Assembly: GCA_051294375.1 (NCBI GenBank)
Contig: JBJCIZ010000970.1
Span: 1 to 11,909 of the forward strand
From: Paraspadella gotoi
Lineage: Eukaryota > Animalia > Chaetognatha
Direction of reading: 5' to 3'
Length of the DNA stretch: 11,909 nucleotides
Shown one piece after another: positions 9,560 to 11,909 of this stretch. The notes beneath the pieces were generated by a model that had not been told where the DNA came from, searched no databases, and worked only from the letters and a program-made list of their open reading frames with translations. Numbering within the stretch: position 1 is the stretch's first letter; each line of letters begins with the position of its first letter. Made by a program: the position numbers and the translations under genes.

Positions 9560-10040
9560 AAAAAATATTTTGTTCATATTATGTCGGGAACAGAATAGTA
9601 AAATATAATATATTTTTAGTAATATCCTTATATAATAGTAAATTTAAAAATAATTTTTATAAAACTTTTAATAAAGATTCAGATTCTTCATAAAAAGTTG
9701 AATCAAAAATATAAAACATGTTATCAAAAATTATATCATCTTCAATGTTTAAAATAAGAAAAAAGGTGAAAATTCCTGACTTTTTTATTCTCTGTAGTAG
9801 AAACTTATATATGTTAAAACGTTTTAGTCATTTTTTGTGATCTAAACATTAAAATATCTTATAACATATTTATAAAAGTTTTTTAGTTTTTTACAGCGAA
9901 TCCAAATCAGTTCTTAAAAATAAAAAAAAATTTATTTTGAAATTAGACGATTTTATAAGGATATTACTACATAAATAATTGAATTTGCTATAATGTTATG
10001 CTAAAACAAATTTTAAAAGGATTTAAAATTCATTAATTAT
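9560..10040. other. Extremely AT-rich non-coding tract
   Basis: For example, 9601-9660 has only 4 G/C in 60 nt. No ORFs are present in the track. Confidence 0.8.
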
Positions 10041-10196
10041 ATGACCATAGGCAGCAAAAAAATAATGTTCAATCACTCAATCTTTTCATCACTCCACCCT
10101 ACTGTCCATCGCTTTTCCCACCTAACATTAAAAAGGCTCATAACTCATAAATTAATATCATCGACTAAGTTCATACTTGGGAGGAAAGTAAGATAC

Positions 10197-10213
10197 CACA
10201 TGTGATCACATGA
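10197..10213. promoter_or_regulatory. 14-bp palindrome CATGTGATCACATG with overlapping E-box-like (CANNTG) sites
   Basis: Perfect palindrome at 10199-10212, with CACATGTG at 10197-10204 and TCACATGA at 10206-10213. A regulatory role is inferred only. Confidence 0.3.
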
Positions 10214-10344
10214 CCTATATTTCAATTAATTTTTATTGTGATATGTTTAATTTTGTCAGAACAATTTTACTATTTTGCATAATATTTGGTGTTGTAGTTG
10301 AAACTTTACAAATAAGTCTTGAACAAGTCAAGAGATCACTCGGC

Positions 10345-10377
10345 AATACACGTTAAATACACGTTAAATACACGTTA
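10345..10377. repeat. 11-bp tandem repeat (AATACACGTTA x3)
   Basis: Three exact copies starting at 10345, 10356 and 10367. Confidence 0.95.
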
Positions 10378-10691
10378 AAGGAAAGTCACCTCGGCGCAAC
10401 ACATTAAAAGGACCTTTCTTGTTTTCTCGATTTTCTTTTTACTTCTCCCTCTTCTCCATGGTGATCTATGGTGCCTCGCGCCATTTTTTTCTCCGTGAAA
10501 GAGTCGAAGTCTTACAAGCAACCCCATTTGTGAAAACGATCACGGGTCACTGTTTTGATTTTCTCGTCTCTCTTCCATTTGAATATCGTTGGCTTCCTTC
10601 TCTGCTAACCTTTCTGCGCTTACAGCTTCGTTTTCGAACAATTTGCCGGTCACGTAGTTTATTGGCATCTGAAACTCGAAAATTCTGATCA

Positions 10692-10692
10692 C

Positions 10693-10744
<52 letters not shown>

Positions 10745-10765
10745 TTTTCTTCTTTCTTTCTTTCT

Positions 10766-10816
<51 letters not shown>

Positions 10817-10827
10817 CTCTCTCTCTC
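10692..10827. repeat. (TTTC)n microsatellite grading into (TC)n; 136-nt pure pyrimidine tract
   Basis: Only C and T from 10692 to 10827. TTTC period with a few slips, and a terminal TC run. Confidence 0.97.
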
Positions 10828-11261
10828 ATGTTTTTACAATAAGCACGGTCTACAACCACGTTGCCTCAGAATCACTCTGGCTTTTTCTCATATTTTTTTC
10901 TACATTGTTTTTCGATCTCTCATACTGTCTCTTTCTTACAATGCAATGTCTTTACTAGCAATGTCAATGACACAGCGTCTACGAACCTTGACGCTTAGCA
11001 CGAATCACAGTAATTTTTAGCAATAATTTTAAAGAATTTTTTTTAACTCAGTTTCTTCTTAAAACTTTTCATATTTACTATATATAATTTCTCTACTATT
11101 TCATAAGTTATAAGTTATATTACTTTGATTCGTACTACTGCTATGTGCATCTGTAGCAGATTATAGTTAATTCGAAGATAATTTCCACACTTTGTTCCCT
11201 CCCGCAATAGCGGCCACATCCTTAAAAATCCACAGTCCACACTTTCGCCCACACAACCAAC

Positions 11262-11326
11262 CTCATCCGCTTAAGCGGTTCGCTTTCCAAATCTTTGTCG
11301 TCGAAAATCATCGTCGTGTTGTTCAT
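11262..11326 (-). CDS. Candidate first coding exon of an unidentified minus-strand gene
   Basis: ATG at 11326 gives MNNTTMIFDDKDLESEPLKRM, then AG|GTTGGT as a donor-like site at 11261. It lies in a GC-elevated patch downstream of a CT-rich tract. No family recognised. Confidence 0.25.
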
Positions 11327-11392
11327 CTGTTTTCCCGACGTCGAGTTTCTGTGCGTAGGGGGCGTGTTCGTCTCCTCTGGCGGATGGAGGCG

Positions 11393-11522
11393 AAACAAAA
11401 AAAGGAGAACAAAAGGGAAATTGGAGGAAATGGAAAGGAGGATAGGAGGAAAGAGAAGAGAGAAAAAAAGAAAAGGAAATACAGTTAAAGAGAGATCGTG
11501 AAAGGAAAATGGGAAAAATTAA
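11393..11522 (-). promoter_or_regulatory. Purine-rich (+) / CT-rich (-) tract, possible 5' UTR or core promoter
   Basis: Almost all A/G on the + strand. CT-rich tracts commonly precede fungal start codons; the role here is inferred from position. Confidence 0.3.
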
Positions 11523-11823
11523 AAATAAATTAATATACATTTAGACTTAAACTACTAGTGAAAGTCTAGTGTGGATCGCTACGGTAAATTTTTTTTCAAA
11601 ATTATTGCGAATTTAATTTATTATTACAATCCTTTTTTAATCTTTGACATTTTTTTATAATTTTAGACGAAAAAAAATTGTTAAATGACTAATGAGATAA
11701 ATCAGAGATTTTGTGATTCTGTGATCGAAAGAATTGATTTAATGATCTGTGAAAGACCGATTTGATTAAAAATGATCTTCTGTAAGATTCAAGTTAAATC
11801 TAACTCTGTGAAATTTTTTGAGA

Positions 11824-11858
11824 TTCACGTCTCACGACTCACAACCTCACAATCTCAA
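11824..11858. repeat. Degenerate 7-8 bp tandem repeat with CTCAC core
   Basis: ttcacgt ctcacga ctcacaac ctcacaat ctcaa. Confidence 0.7.
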
Positions 11859-11909
11859 GCCTTACCAGCTCCTTAGTTTCGTTTCGCTGGCTTCTAAAAA
11901 ACCAAAGAA

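Noticed and set aside
5330-10377. Short repeats at 5330/5360 and 10345-10377 as CRISPR arrays
   Set aside because: Too few and too short, with no unique spacers of regular length and no cas genes. The context looks eukaryotic.

Overview
Eukaryotic-looking genomic window with two sharply different parts. No intact gene, RNA gene, CRISPR array or prokaryotic operon is recognisable. (1) About 319-4405 is GC-rich (roughly 60-70% in the lines I counted). Reading across frames on the + strand, it shows motif remnants in the order expected for ORF2 of an RNase H-bearing non-LTR (LINE-type) retrotransposon: RT palm/thumb, a long tether, RNase H, then a zf-RVT-like CxxC region. An A17 run follows at 4442-4458. 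The copy is shattered by frameshifts and contains a 162-nt block of only G and C, which suggests low-accuracy long-read consensus at least as much as natural decay. (2) About 4406-11909 is AT-rich and mostly non-coding. It has homopolymers, a (TTTC)n microsatellite, small tandem and direct repeats, three perfect palindromes, and two minus-strand patches with exon-intron-like structure and in-frame TAA/TAG stops. The style suggests an AT-rich fungal genome such as Mucoromycota or Glomeromycotina, which is inference only. I do not see evidence for a new biological system. All domain calls come from manual motif recognition and need profile searches to confirm.
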